DNA of 57,457 bases from Catajapyx aquilonaris (Eukaryota), in the NCBI GenBank assembly GCA_000934665.2, contig KZ538638.1:1-57457 (forward strand). The letters are read 5' to 3'. The notes below the pieces were generated by a model that was given only the letters and a program-made list of their open reading frames with translations, had not been told where the DNA came from and did no database searches. This document shows positions 1 through 13,974 of the stretch, piece by piece. A program made the translations under genes and the position numbers. Within the stretch, counting starts at the first letter, position 1. Each line of letters begins with the position of its first letter.

Positions 1-3000
1 CCCCCCTTCCTTCAGATGGACGGAAACGAAGGCTCGGTTCGTGACGAATCGAATAGTTTCCCCTCTTGGTCGGGTGATTGGTGATTGAAAGTTTGGAGTG
101 GGAGAGTCGCAGCCTGTAAGAAAAGTCTGAAAGGCCCTTGAGGAGAGGGGGTGGGAAGATCGGGTCCTCACGCCTTGTGGGAACAAGGAACGACAAGGTG
201 TGAGGGCATCAAAGGCAATGAAGCATCTCGGGTCTCCTGCTGGCTGACCCTTCAAAAGAGAAGCCGAAGGTCCTGTCATCCGTTGCCGTTCCGATCCGAG
301 GACCGTGCATGAGGACCAAAGGCTACCCCGGCGAGGCGGTGAGAAAATTCGGGAGAACCGGGGCAAGAAAATGGGAGACTATGGCAAAAGTGTGGCTCTG
401 CGCAACATGATTTGGCGCTCGTGACGTCATGCATGCGGGTGACCAATCGTGACTTATGGCCGCCATTTTTTTACCCTCTGATGCGGTTGCATGCAGGGGT
501 GACTAACCGACCTGTCTCGCCAATTCTGACCGGATGAATGTCCGAATCTCAACCTGTTCCGGAGATAGCAGGGTCACACATCTGCCAACGTTGCCCGACG
601 TGATGGTCGTCAGAGTTGCTAGGGGCAAGTATATAGGAGGTGGCAACAGGGCCGCTTTTGCGCTACGGCGGACATCTGCTGCATATGCCAATTGAGAAGG
701 GAGGGGGGGAAGGGAGGTAGAGAGAGAATTTTGAAAGCAGCACATGGCCTGCGTGCTCACTCAAATCTCGTTCAGTGAGAGTGGATCGAGAGATAAGCTG
801 TGCTTGCAAATCTCGGCCCAGTCACGCAAAACTATTTCGTTTTCAATCCACACATGTGTAATAAATATATAAATAATTATCCTGGATATTAGTTTCTCAT
901 GTAGCCTACACGCCTACACGTAGTAGGCCTATTATGGCAGTTAATTTTCGCAATAATATTTAAATTCCGTTCTCTGTTGTATACTGCAGTACTTATACAC
1001 TCTCATAAAGGGCTTTTCAAAAATTACTATATCTTTTCTCAGAGCTATTTCCAATCCTGCACATGGAATAGGAAAATTGAACTAAATTTTAGTTATTTTA
1101 AATAAAACCTTGCTGTGATTGTAGAAATCCCTATCAACATTAGAATAATACTGGCCTCACAAGCTCAATATGATGGTTGATAGTCATTGTTGCCATTTGT
1201 AACGTTTGTGCTAAGTTATATTCTAAAAATGAATAAATACACTTAAGATAATACTGATCATACAAGTTAACCTGCTGTCTTCGGGGAAACGGACGAAAAT
1301 GTGTCAAAGATGGCCCACTTATTATAATAATCACACATGTGTATTTTCGATGTCGCACAGAATTCGAGAAAACATACTTATAGTGGTTTAAAAATATATA
1401 CTGCATACATGAGTCATATTCAGTACGTTTTCCTTTCAGACGGCATGGAGAAATCACTTAAGTGTATGGTGCTATGGCGTAGATGCAAGTGCAATATTTA
1501 CGAATTTTCACCTTAACTGCTACGTGGCGTATCATTACTTGCGTGTGTGCAATAAGCTGACCTTTTCTCTTTTTATGCACAACGCAGCTATGCAAGGCCC
1601 ATAAAGGCTAAAACGGGGGCGCACATTACGTAAGCATGTATGATCTGCTTTATTTTTCACTATTTCCATGATTTTTCAATGTGCACATCAGCTCACGTGC
1701 GTACATTTCTTCGTCAGCAGTACATGTGCCAGAGATAAAAGTAATAAATAACGAAGATGCAATTGTCAGTCACGGCAACGACGTGATAGTATCTACTCCT
1801 GCACGGCCACTCAGCATTTCTGAGTGGATGACTTCTTACAGTAGCCTACTTGCGGCACTGTTTTATTGTCTCATTTCACGAACAATAAATATATCCTGTA
1901 ATGCCCTGTTACTCGGAATGGAACAAAATATTTGATCACTACATATAAATAACGAAGTAATAGGTCTCCTTTTAAACACTGCATCGATTTATAAGTCGGT
2001 TCTATTTATTTTGTATTGGTACACACCCAGCAGACCTGGTTGGGCACCATATTCTGGAAAGCACTTGATGCTCTGGCATGGGCCAAAATTCCCCCACATG
2101 CTTTTGGCATTCTGTAACGCACCCCTCATTCAGCCTTTGCAAGCAAGGTCCGTGGACCAAATTTCCAGCGTCCCTTTAAAAGGGGAGCAGAGAGGGGACA
2201 AATGGCGAGGGGGGGGGGGCAGGTGGGCCCAACTAGGGCCTATTTTTCTCTTTTAGTGGTGGCCAGATGGCAGGATCCACCGCCAGGTTAGAGGTGCAGC
2301 AACGCTTCAACTCCTGGGCTTCTCCAATGTCTGACCACTACCTTTTTTTTTCACCATTTAGATTTTTTGACCCCCTAGGTGAAGGAAACGTTTTATTTTC
2401 ACCTGAATCGCAGTTTGCTTGATACGCACCTCGTGCCCACAGTATATTAAGAGTGTAAGCTGCACTTCCGGTAGTTCTTCAACCTTTCAGTCTTTAGAGT
2501 GTTTTTCTAATAAGAAAGTAACCTCCCCGAAGGTAGAACAGCTTGCAATCAGATCCTTCCAACTGTTGCACTTGAAAGTCCATCTCGCTCTCTCTATATA
2601 CAAGGGGAGCAGCAGATAGCTGTTCAGGAGTCATCTGCTGTGCGCTACCAGAACAGGGGGTTTGAGGGTCAGAGGCTGCCAAGCTGTCTGTTACACGGTC
2701 ACTTACTGCAGATGAATATTATAAGGCCACACCTGCTGTCTCATAAAAATCAGTTTTCATTTTAGCCAATTTTTTAACTTAATATGTAGGTTTGGAGGCC
2801 CTAATTCCCATGGTAACGTCATTTTTGAAATGTACTCCGGACATTGTGTCCGCAGGTGGCCCGTATAAGTAACTCTGAAAGTGCAAATTAGGAACATATA
2901 AGGTGAGTCGACGCAGTCGCATGACATCCTGGTGATCCATATAAAAGACGCACGCCATCCTGGGAAGGGAGATCCTTCAAAAGGTCTTGCACCGCATTGT

Positions 3001-6000
3001 CTGCTCTTCCAGGACAGGAATGAGGAAATGAGGCACCCTTTTAATGAGCGGGCAAAAAGCAACGGTCACCCTCACCTCCTCTTTACTCTTCTCAACAATG
3101 ATATAGCGGACAAAGTAATATTTAGGTGTCGTGACAGGAAGCCGAGCAATGCGGACGTGCGATTGTAATGCGTAAGTCTGCATCTCCCACGGAAGCTATC
3201 CCAAATGGCTTCACGTGTCCTCATTGTCGTCACCCTCAACCCTTATTGTTGTTTCGAGAGCATTGTTATTGTCATTAGGGTAGGAGGCAGGTTGCTAATT
3301 GGCTCAGAGGTTGTGGTTAGCTGATTATCGCTGGCTGCTGCGTATATACTCATTTGGTGTGCATGGTCGCGCTTCAACTGCTTTTCCCTGGACGCATCCA
3401 GCCCCCGAAAATCTGGTGTTATCGGGCGGCAAGCTTGCTCGTGTCCTTCATTAGGAGCTGCCCATCCTTGTCTCCTTTTGGTTTGGCTTCGATTAGAGCT
3501 AAGCTTGATGGGCCATTAAGCAAACATTTGTGGCGCCTGCTCTGTTGCCTTGACTAAGGGTTATTGGAAGGACTTGGTTCGAGCACTTACTGGTTGCTGC
3601 TGGACGCGCCTGGCTTCACATCAGAGGACATCATATGTGAGTATTATATCAGTCACCAAAATTAATGATGCATACATTGCATCAGGAGGTACGAAAACTG
3701 ACACTAAAAGTAATGTTCCAATTGATGTCTTGAAAAAATAGACATCAGCCGGATTAGATTGAAGGTACAGTTCCGTAACTTGTTTGCAATCACTTTGATG
3801 GGGGGCGTTGCCGATAGACAAATAGTACAAAAAAAAATCCGGCAAGTGTTAGTTGCTAGCACTTACTCAAAGCAAATATATTGAGTATTTGCACTTCATA
3901 AATATCAGTAGTTCAAGTACAATAGCAAAGTGATATGAAGCAAGTACATATAAGATATTACACGGCCTTGTATAATACTGTACCTTAGGGTGCACATTCA
4001 ACTCCCCACATTTCGCGCCTATTGTCTCGTACCTAACATTGTCAACCCTGTCAGGATGTCACGTTTCCTCTTTTTTCAAAAAAATAAAAAATAAACGGTA
4101 CATTGTGAATGCATTTTTTTCGGCCGAAAAACAGCACTGTCGGAAGCACCCTTGGTGACCTGAGATGACCTACAATTTGCATGAGGCACGAGCGCCATCC
4201 GATCCCCAAAAGACTGTCTCTTTTATTCCTTGGGACACTCTTTCATCCAGTAAAAGCGCTTCCGGCTGTAGGACCCAAGTCCTGCGCCCGCCGGATGTCC
4301 GGTTTTTCTGGAAGGAAAAGGCTCATCCCCGTAGCAGCAAGGGCAATAGCAAACCTCTTGGGAACAGCTGTGCCACGCGCCAGATGGGGTTGCCTTAGTA
4401 AGGTGCCTTTCACAGATTTCCTTCCAACCACGATAGGGTGACACTCCTTGGAGAATACTCTTATATCTTGCAAAAGTCTCGTATGTCTCCAGATCGGGTC
4501 CTAGCACCGGTTCTAGGACCCGGTTATAATGGACCAGGTGAGTTTGGCTGCATGTTCAGATAAGGCGGCCGTGAGGTGGTGAACAAGTACGACGAGCTGA
4601 AAACATCGGATGTAGGCGGCGCTGGGGAATAAAATTAGGGTCATTCCAAGAAATTGGGCCTTTTTGTCACGGATGCTACGGAGGTTTTACCAGTAATAAA
4701 TGTTTTACAAGTATTGTGACATGAATACTTTTCACTCCACTTCGCAAATTCTACGAATCTGCCCGTTACCAAACTGATGCAAATTATTGAACACGACTTG
4801 TATACTAATACTATATCAGTTGCTGGCATATGGAAGCAGTGCAAAATAACACCTTTCTTTTTTTGGTCCTTCTGGCTAAAGAGGAAACGACAGCAGTTAA
4901 TGGGTGTTTAATATTATCCTGCGCGATTATGCAACCAAGGCGGTTCCCTTGTGCGATCTGGAAGCTTGTGGTACAGGCGTCGTTTGGTTTTTATGAGGGG
5001 TTGCCTTACTTTATAATCGGTGTTAGGTTACCATCTGATGCAACCTAAGTTTAGACTGGATTCGTGCATGAAGTAGTGAGTGCTCCAGGAGTCGCCCTTA
5101 GCCGAAATGGTGAAGACAAGTCCAGAAGGAAATTTCCTGCCAGCCAGATGCTGCCACGTGGTCTTCGGTGGTCGGAAGCCCTTCTTGGGCCATCTGGTCC
5201 CCATGCAAACCAGAGTACCACAAGTCAAACTGGGCCGGAAGTAACCTGGGAAGAAGGGACACATAGAGAAGGAGGTGCCAACTCTTGCCTTGCAAAGTGA
5301 TTTTACTCCCGGTTTGTTTCAAGTAGCGCACACCTCCCTAAGGGAATCGATAATTAGTTCATGCGATTATTATGAGCTAAACGGTCCATGCCCCTCGTGT
5401 GATAATCAATTCATGGATTATCGTGCCGGTAACTGCAAGCTAAATAATTCACAACTTGGAGTCAAGACGTTAATCAGCTAGTCATTTATTCATGGTCTGC
5501 ATTCATCCGTGTGATATAATCAGCTACTTCAGGGCGTTACTAGTCAGATGCAGTGATTTCTTGGTTTTGTCCCCGAAAAGTTGGTAGGTTTGAGTGGCAC
5601 ACGACCGTCTTGTGTCGTAGGGCTCCTATGTCATCCCCATGGCCCTGGAAAAGCGGTTCTGCCGGCTGCTTCAGCCATTAGGTCTTGTTTCCATCTTCGC
5701 CCCCTCTCTCCCATCCACCCCAATCCGGACCAGCTTTCTTGCAAGACCTTTCGCAAATGGAACCGAAAAACAGCATCTGTCCGTGAACACATTTTTAACA
5801 AATAAAAAATACCGCCAAGAAATTCGAGCCAGGTCGAGGTAACACATGTTTCCTCACCTCTGGGCACTTAAAATACTGTTTCGAACTAAATAACGCCTAA
5901 TACAGTGCATATATTTGCATATGGAGAAAAAGTAGGCTGTGTTGACATGCCTGTTCCAAAATTTGGCCAATATTGCGGTCGCCTTGAAACGAATGCGGTG

Positions 6001-7301
6001 ATGCCCTGGAGAAACCCACATTGGGCCAGTTCCTATTTCTGGTGCGCACCTATTGTCGAACTTTTCCAGGAACTAAACAAGAGCTTGAGCACAATAGGGC
6101 CAAAGGTAGAAGAGAAGAAAAGGTGGTGCTCTGGTCCCCTGAAAGAGACCTCTAGGCTTCTCACGGTTTTCTGGAAGGGACCCCAGCGTATCTTTTCATA
6201 GAATCGCCGTATTCTTTCCGACCCGGAGAGAGTGTGTGTAGGATTCAATAACAGCAGGAGTAGGCTCCCAAGTCTAATTATAGACCCCTGTTTTGCATCC
6301 TCTAAATTCCGGCAGGTGCAAACCGCTGCTATTTTACGACTGGAGCGTTCAATATTAGGAGCCGTGAAAGTGATGCTATTGAATAATTACAATACAGGAA
6401 GACTTTGGAACAGAAGGGGTGGGACAGATTTATCGACTCACGTTCCCCTAGAGACTAATGAGCGGTGCTCAGTAGTGTGTCGCATACCGTGAATTGTCGT
6501 GCGGTGGCCTATTGGCACACTATAGCTGCCGCAGCGTGTGCCAGCCAGGTCACAGGTCAATATGGCGTGCGGCCTTGTTACAGGATGGGATCGATGCGGA
6601 CGGCTGAATAACGGGACTCCCAAAATTTCATTCTAAATAGTAAATCAGAATCTTAGATGGGGGAGTTTTGCTCGAGAACCATCTGGTTGCAATGATTGAA
6701 AGGGAGCAAGGTGCTCGGATTGGGCAAGGTGTTTTGATTAGGATCTAGTCCGGAGGATAGGAAAGTGTGCTTGCATCTGGCTCAGGACGTGACTTCCGTC
6801 ATTTTAGGAGGGGGGAAAAACGTACCTGGCGGGTTCGACTCATTCATGAAAAAACGATGACTGAATCCAAACCATTTAGCGGCGGCTGCGCGCCATGTTT
6901 GTTTCATCATTTTTTTTTCCTCCCGCCGTACACTTTTTAATGAGGAATTGATACCAGGTGAGGCTTTGGATCATGTAGGGCGCATGTGGCAAGACGCGTG
7001 CCACGCCACAGGATTTTCTACCTAGCTGACTATACCTACCCTCCTCCTCCCTTCCATGGCCGCAACCTCCCACCATACCCATCCCAAAAAGCTGGAGCAC
7101 TTTTCTTCAATTCGCAGCTGCCGTTTTCGAAGCAAAGGAGAATGGCGTACGGGGGCCACGCGCCAGCGAGCCATCTGTGGCCGCCCTCTTTGGAAAAACT
7201 CCACCTCTTCAGCACACCTTGTTTTGTCTTGGGCAGGCCATCTGGTCACGGGAGGTCATCCTCATGTACCTGCAGTGCGTATACTGCACGTAATACTCGA
7301 A

Positions 7302-7312
7302 ATTATTATTAA

Positions 7313-7366
<54 letters not shown>

Positions 7367-7385
7367 CATCATCATCATCATCATC
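7302..7385. repeat. Compound microsatellite (ATT)n(ATC)7
   Basis: Directly visible; explains the poly-Ile and poly-Asn/Asp ORFs in the track. Confidence 0.97.
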
Positions 7386-10300
7386 TGCCGAATGTATGCT
7401 CGGGAAATTTTGAGTACTCCACATTATATGTTACATGTTATTTGTACAGGTCATGGATATGTACAAATAGATACTTTGTTGCGGGTATGAAAAGGCAAAC
7501 TTAGGGCTAGTTTGGCATACCAGTTTGGCGGGAAATTGCGGATGGTATGGGGACACGTGCTCCAATCTGACACCTTGATTTATGACTTATCCACACCCTT
7601 TTGGCAAAATGAAGAAGTAGAAAAAAAAGGATAGGCAGATGTTGCCGCGAATAGTGCGAGGGCATGCTAAAGTGCAGACTCACAGGATTAGGACCGGGTC
7701 CTAATCTGGCAGCCTTCATTCTGTAGGCGTTGTTTCAACATTTCGATGTTAAGAAGGAGGGGGATAGGAAAAGTCTGCAGAGGCATGTGGCGTAAGGCTT
7801 CCCCTGAGATTGAATTACATTCATTCCGAAACAGGGTGAGTCCGAAAAAAATTGAGCTTTTTTGTCATGTTCCGAGTCGCAGTTCAAACATTAAAGACCA
7901 GGGCATGAACCGGTGTATTTAACATGTAATAACGCTATGGCCTCGTTTCCTGGTCAATTTGCACGCGAGTATTATTGTTCAACAGCGTCTGATTTGACTC
8001 GTATAATTCTAGTAGTGCCGAACCACATTGATCGGGTTGCACCGATAGGATCTAGACGTCACCTTTTTATATATAAAAAATCGTCTCAAATTAGGCTACA
8101 GCCTAATTATCCCGCTATTCATAGCCCCTGGCACGTCAGTAATTGCGACGATTACCGCCACAACCTTCGCCTTGGCCTATTTCGTCCAGAAAAAATCGAG
8201 GACTCCAGTCGGGTCCAGCGTCGGGGGCCATGATACACAAAACCTCCCCGAAAAACATCACCTGGAGAAAATGAAAATAACACCAACCCTTTAGCCCGAA
8301 AAATATATTTTGTCCCCGCTGTTTTGGAAACTGGGCATCAAATCCGACGGCAAAACATCAAGACCTTGAAAGAAGGACGTTTTTGGTGGACATCTGCGGC
8401 CGTCCTTCAATCCAAGCAATATTTCCAAGCGGTCAAGTAATTGGCACCTATGGGGGCGAACAATATATATAAAAAATAAATAAGGTTGTTTGGCGTTGGT
8501 TATCGTGCGATTATCGCAGGGGGAATGATGGGTGCCGGCAAGGTCAGAGCGACAGGTTGGCGACGAAGGGCATCACTTGCTTTGTAATGCAGGCGTGTGT
8601 GTGTGCGCACCTATGTGAGGGTGGCAACACTGGCCAGGCACACGACAGGCATGATGCCTGGCGCGTGCCATGGCTGCGTTGCCACATGTGAGGCACGCGG
8701 CAGGTGGGGACGGACCAAACTATTCAGGTTTGGCTCGATTTTAGCGGGACATGGAATCGAGGATGCGGTTTTGATGGTGTCTAGTGGCAGGTGAGTACGA
8801 ACATGCTCACCAAATGTTAGGTGGAGACATTAAAAAATGCCCAATTTTGCCTATCAAAATGGGGAGTGGTTGGGATGATGTAAGGGCTTGAGACTGATTT
8901 GCAATTTGGGAATGACGCCTTGAAGATGGCTGTACATTTAATCTGAGGCTTGTTGACCGAGGAGGAGGGGATGATATAAATGTGGAGTGGTTGGGTAAAG
9001 GTTTGCGATTATTTGGGAGGGGGGGAAGTGGATATAGGCGTCCAACTGGAGGCATATAGGTCAAATATATGGTCCCGTTTGACCCAAGCCCACTCCAAAA
9101 CACGTGTGTCTCGCTTCAGTGCTGCTTGAAGTGTGAAGGACGTAGGTTGCGTACCAGGAAAGTCAGCTGGGGGAAAAAATTTGTGGACAAAATGGTATGT
9201 GATTTATTGTATAATTTAGCTCCAATAGGCGCCAGGCGATCATCTCACAATAGGGCCTATAAAAGCACTGACACCAAGATGTTTTTGTGGTGTCGAATAT
9301 CCCGGTTTAGAGGTCAGGAGGTGGAGCCCAAGAAATGCTCGCGCGTTATTAAAAGGGGGGCGTAACAGCATGGGTGTTGTCGAATTTATTGCCACATTGG
9401 CCACACGGGGCAGCGTTTTGGCAGCATGCTTTGGTGGTACGTCATAACTGACAAGAGTATTCAATCAGGGAAGCCTCCGATAATGCCTCCCACGTTGAAG
9501 AGGTCAATGAAAACTCGGATGCAAACTAGATACAATGCAAAAAAACAAAAAAAAAGTGTGAATGGGACAGTGACTATCAAACCACACTTCCCTTTCGAAG
9601 GGTGCCAGCTTACACTATAGGCGACTACCAGCAGGGATATGGCATGCGGAAGTCGTTTGTATTTTATTTTTCAATGCAGACTCGGGCGTTTTATTTCTAG
9701 AACATGCCAGAAACCATCAACATTAGCTAACAAATGCAGGAACACAGGGCAATTTATATATTTAACTAAATTCGCCGAGTGGTTTTTTGCCCATAAATTT
9801 GTATATGGACATCGTGTGACATTTTTCTGTAGTATTAGTATTGCACTTAATTCACGATAGGAAACGGAAATTGATTCTAGCGCATAATTTTTTAGCACGG
9901 AAGTTTGACCGTGCGACACTAGCACATGGAACCTCGCCTGTTCCAATTACAATGAGAAACTGTTGGAATTGCCCCGCACTTGAATAGCGTAGCACGCGGT
10001 ATTATCCCCCATGAAAAAAAGTGTGGTCGTAAGCCCACCCCCGATCCAGGGTTTTATCTATCGGCGTTGGGCGCCACATGCCAGTTTTGAGCATATCTGT
10101 AGCCCCGGGACTATCTTCCCTCGCATTCAGCCAGGGTGTAACATCTGGGCCGATTCAGCTCTTCCCCTTTTATTATTATCCTTCCATTTAGTTAAGTATC
10201 GGTGTCCCAAAAATGGATTTGGCGACGGGCAGCCGATAAGGACTGGAGACAGGCGCCCTGGTCCACCAAAATAACACTTGCTATAGCCCCAACTAGCCAA

Positions 10301-13300
10301 GTCTAGACTGAAGGATGGGCACGTGCTGGGTCCTGGGTTCGAGTCATGGAGGCCGCCGGCAATTTGGTGGGCAACGGGCGCATTGCGTCGCTCGGTCGCT
10401 GTCTTGCAGCGGAAACGGATGTGCCTTCTGGCTGCCCTAATCGATGAAATCCGGCCCCCAAGCAGCACAATGCCATACTGACCTTCGGCTCCGTCGTCGC
10501 TCGGTCATGCTTGGGTTCAACACTGCTACCCCCGTAAACCCTTCCCCCTACCAGTCAAGCGTGAACGCAGATTTGACCCCGTCCAGTCAACTGCAAGTGG
10601 ACACTACTGGTCGCTAATTTTTGGTCCGTGTATTGCGTCCCAAGTTCAAGGTTTTGCTTGAGACGGCGTGACAGGTTGGGTGGTACCCGGTCAACACGCA
10701 CTTGAGGCTTGCGACTCCGTGGTCAGCCAACCCGACAGTAGGGGTATACCAATCGAAGAAATTTTAGTATGAAATTTGTCTTAGGAGCGGTACATCCTGT
10801 TACGTCACTGGTTTCAGAATCACAGGTCCTTCTGTAGTGACGCAATCGCTTGCATCATTCACGGACCGTTTACTTTATAGGACTCGAGCATTTTGATATC
10901 CAACTTGTGACACGAATCCAAAGCGTGTCGTGCTGCTTTGACGGTTGGTATCACACATCTTCACTCAACGAATGTCATTTTCTCTTTTATGAAAGGGCTA
11001 TACTTCCACCCTTTTTTTTCAAAAATTAAATGTTTGCGCGCCATATTTTTGGTAATACTTTACAAGCGCAGGACAGTCATCTGTCAAGAATGGGTAGATT
11101 CATCCGTGCGGAAAAGAGCGAGCATTAGAGAGAAAATCGACACAATTGTTGACAACTGAATTGTGACAACCGCAGGGAAAACGTCAAGCCTCAGGTCCTC
11201 AGAAGGACTACCCAAAAAAGTAGGCGTACGTACCCCATACTTTTTTTTTTGGAGACCCATCTCTATCAGAAAAAAATAGATATAGTGAATTTCTCTCTGG
11301 GGACTTCTCTCACGAATTTCCCACCGGCTTGTTGCCGCCCTCGAATAAGTAAAAAATATATATACTCCGACCGATGTTTTGCGTGCGCGCGTGGTGGCTG
11401 ATACGTGAAAATGTGTGTATGTGTGCATGTGGGCGAAACAAGTGGCAATAACCCAACTAACACAAGGCGTGGATGGGGTTGAGCTTCACTCGGGATTTCA
11501 GAAACTGGTTTCATAAAAGCGAGTGATTAAAACATTCACGTGCTGGAATGAGCTACTGGGTTTGATTACTATCCCAACTTTTTTTAGGCTGTATTATAGG
11601 CCTAAAAGTATTATTCCCCTGCTTCCCACAGGTCGGAAGTGAGCTGGCTTCATTCATTAAATCTGACGAGTTTGGGAAAATAAACCACGGGCACGTTTTT
11701 TTTTTATATATAAATTAATAAGGAGGAGGGTTAAATGACCTGGGAAGCGTCGCTTCGTATTGTTGGAAGGATGGGAGGCGCTTTTTAATTAGTGAGATTT
11801 CATTACAGGAGCAGTTAGGCGCAGCATGTGGGTTTCCGAGATCTCCATACGGAAATCTACAGTAATTTTTTTTACTTAAAATGTGGAAAAAAGTGCAAAT
11901 GAAACTTGTTTATGCTGGTTCTCTCGTAGGTTATACTTGTAACTGAGTAACATTAATATGTTGCCAGCCATGTTTTCTGGTGATGAATATTTTCATAATA
12001 AAACGAACCAAAAAAGCCGCTGTACTTTTTAGGCCTCTGGCGCATCTGTGCGATGTAATTTCCATTTTTGTTACACCCCATTCTTAATTTTACTGGTACA
12101 GTTTGCTGTATATTGAAACTGTGCACCATAAAGTTTGGAAATATTTAGTCAAATTTTGTACCAGCAATACGTTGATAACTGGACTGAATAATTTAATTGT
12201 CTAATAACACATTAATAAATTATTTAATGAAATATTACACCACGAATTCTGATTCAAAGCTTTTAAGGTTATTTTCACCAGAGGCCATGATTTTAAACTG
12301 CGGGCTACCAATTTCTTATAGTTCGATCCTGAGACAGCCGCTTCACTTTCACTCTTATGTCACCAGTACTTCCAATCGAAGGACAATGTCAAGGGCACGA
12401 TTGGTCTTTCGAGACGAACTTGGCCAACTTGTCATGCAGAACGCTCCCGTTCAATACGCCTCACCGCCTTTGTTTTCTTGTATGTAGGCCTTTAGAGTTG
12501 TGTCACTGTTCAATGAGGACCGAGGTATCAATCACAAGTCGGAAAACACTCCGTGCCCTAATATTAGGGCCGCGTGCGGAAAGACATAAAAGCCAGGGTC
12601 TAACCGAAAAAAAGGCGGTGATGACCCCAATTTATTGGAAACCTTGCCATTGTCCTGTCGACAGATGCCGTCATTAAAAACCTTTCCTTGTTTATTTTTT
12701 AAAAAAGGCTTTGACACCGTGACACAATATCTTCCCATCAAGGAATTCAAGTTTGGCGATAATCAGACATCCCTCTTTTGTTGTCATCTTAAACCCGACC
12801 ATGTGTCCAGGACACGCGTGCCAAGTCGAAGGCTTCCCAATAATGTCGCAGCAGCCATAAAACACTCAGTGCGTGCCCCATGATAAAACGCACGTGGAAC
12901 AATCGGGGAAAGCCTATCTGAGGATACATAGAGAAGGGAGGGGGGAAGCTAGTTTTGCAGCCAGTTGGCAATTCACGGGACAAGAATGGCGGGACGAACA
13001 AGAATCATCCGGGGGAGGTCTGAAAAAGGGACAGGTTTTCTCTCTTCTTCTCCTCGACCTTAGGAGGGTCTATCCAAAAAGAGAAGCTGAGGATTGGAGG
13101 GGGGTGCTGGGGTAGGGGGTGTCCCGAGGCCACTTTTGCATCTGAATGGAGGCTGCCTTACATAGGTAAAGGTGGCACGCGTCCCCCTAGCCCCGGGGCA
13201 GGTGGGAATAGGGCAGCTGGATCCGAGAGAGAGAAAGAGAGATAGAGGTTGTATGCCACGCGACCCATTCCCGACGACCTTCTTCAGGTAAAAATTTACC

Positions 13301-13936
13301 ACGTGCGCAATTGGCAAGTGCAAATGATTGCAAGATTCTTGGGCCACCAACGGGACCCTCTTTTTTTTTCTTTGCTGAAGACCCCCCGCAGGAGCCACTC
13401 TGAAAGGGGTCTCATGTCCAAAGACTGTCCTTCTGGAGGACTAAAAGATTTACAGTAAGTGACACGGCCGCCTCCGATGCGTTTCTGATGCGGATGGACA
13501 CCCGATTGGTTCCGGGACTCGAGCGATCAGCAGCGGGGCTATAAAACTATAATCACACTATCCGACAGTTTGTCAAGCAGTGTATTTTTTGGTGGATCCC
13601 CCGACCTTGAATTGCTGTGCGTCTGTTTAGTCCCCAACAATCTTTTTCCAGTCGCGTGGCCGCAGGAGGCCTTCTGTAGTAACCCAATCCACGATGCTCT
13701 TTTTCAGAAGCCCCCACACACACGTGTCGATTTAAATACGCAACGAAAGGGCCGCAAACCACGAGATTCCTCCAATAAAAATGAAAAAATGAGTATACCC
13801 ATAATGAATTCCTGGTCATGGTCTTACCGAGTGCACATGTTTAGCAGGACCCCATAATCCGGGCGGGCAGGCGCAGAGCAAATCCTCTGGCAACTGGTTC
13901 GTCAGTAGGCCCCCCTCTGCACGATACCAAGCGTCG

Positions 13937-13974
13937 TATAAAAGGAGCGCGGGGTCGACAGGCGCGGGTTAGTC
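13937..13974 (+). promoter_or_regulatory. Putative Delta core promoter (TATA box plus Inr-like element)
   Basis: TATAAAA at 13937-13943 in GC-rich context; TTAGTC (arthropod Inr-like) at 13969-13974, with the A 34 nt after the first T of TATA; GA-rich run at about 14021-14033. Confidence 0.55.

Noticed and set aside
1435..1446. Exact Neisseria DNA uptake sequence (reverse complement, TTCAGACGGCAT)
   Set aside because: Single occurrence in eukaryotic intergenic DNA with no bacterial genes nearby; most likely chance.
7056..7490. 144-aa ORF with a poly-Ile tract, and the antisense poly-Asn/Asp ORF
   Set aside because: Produced by the (ATT)n(ATC)n microsatellite; no domain or splice support.
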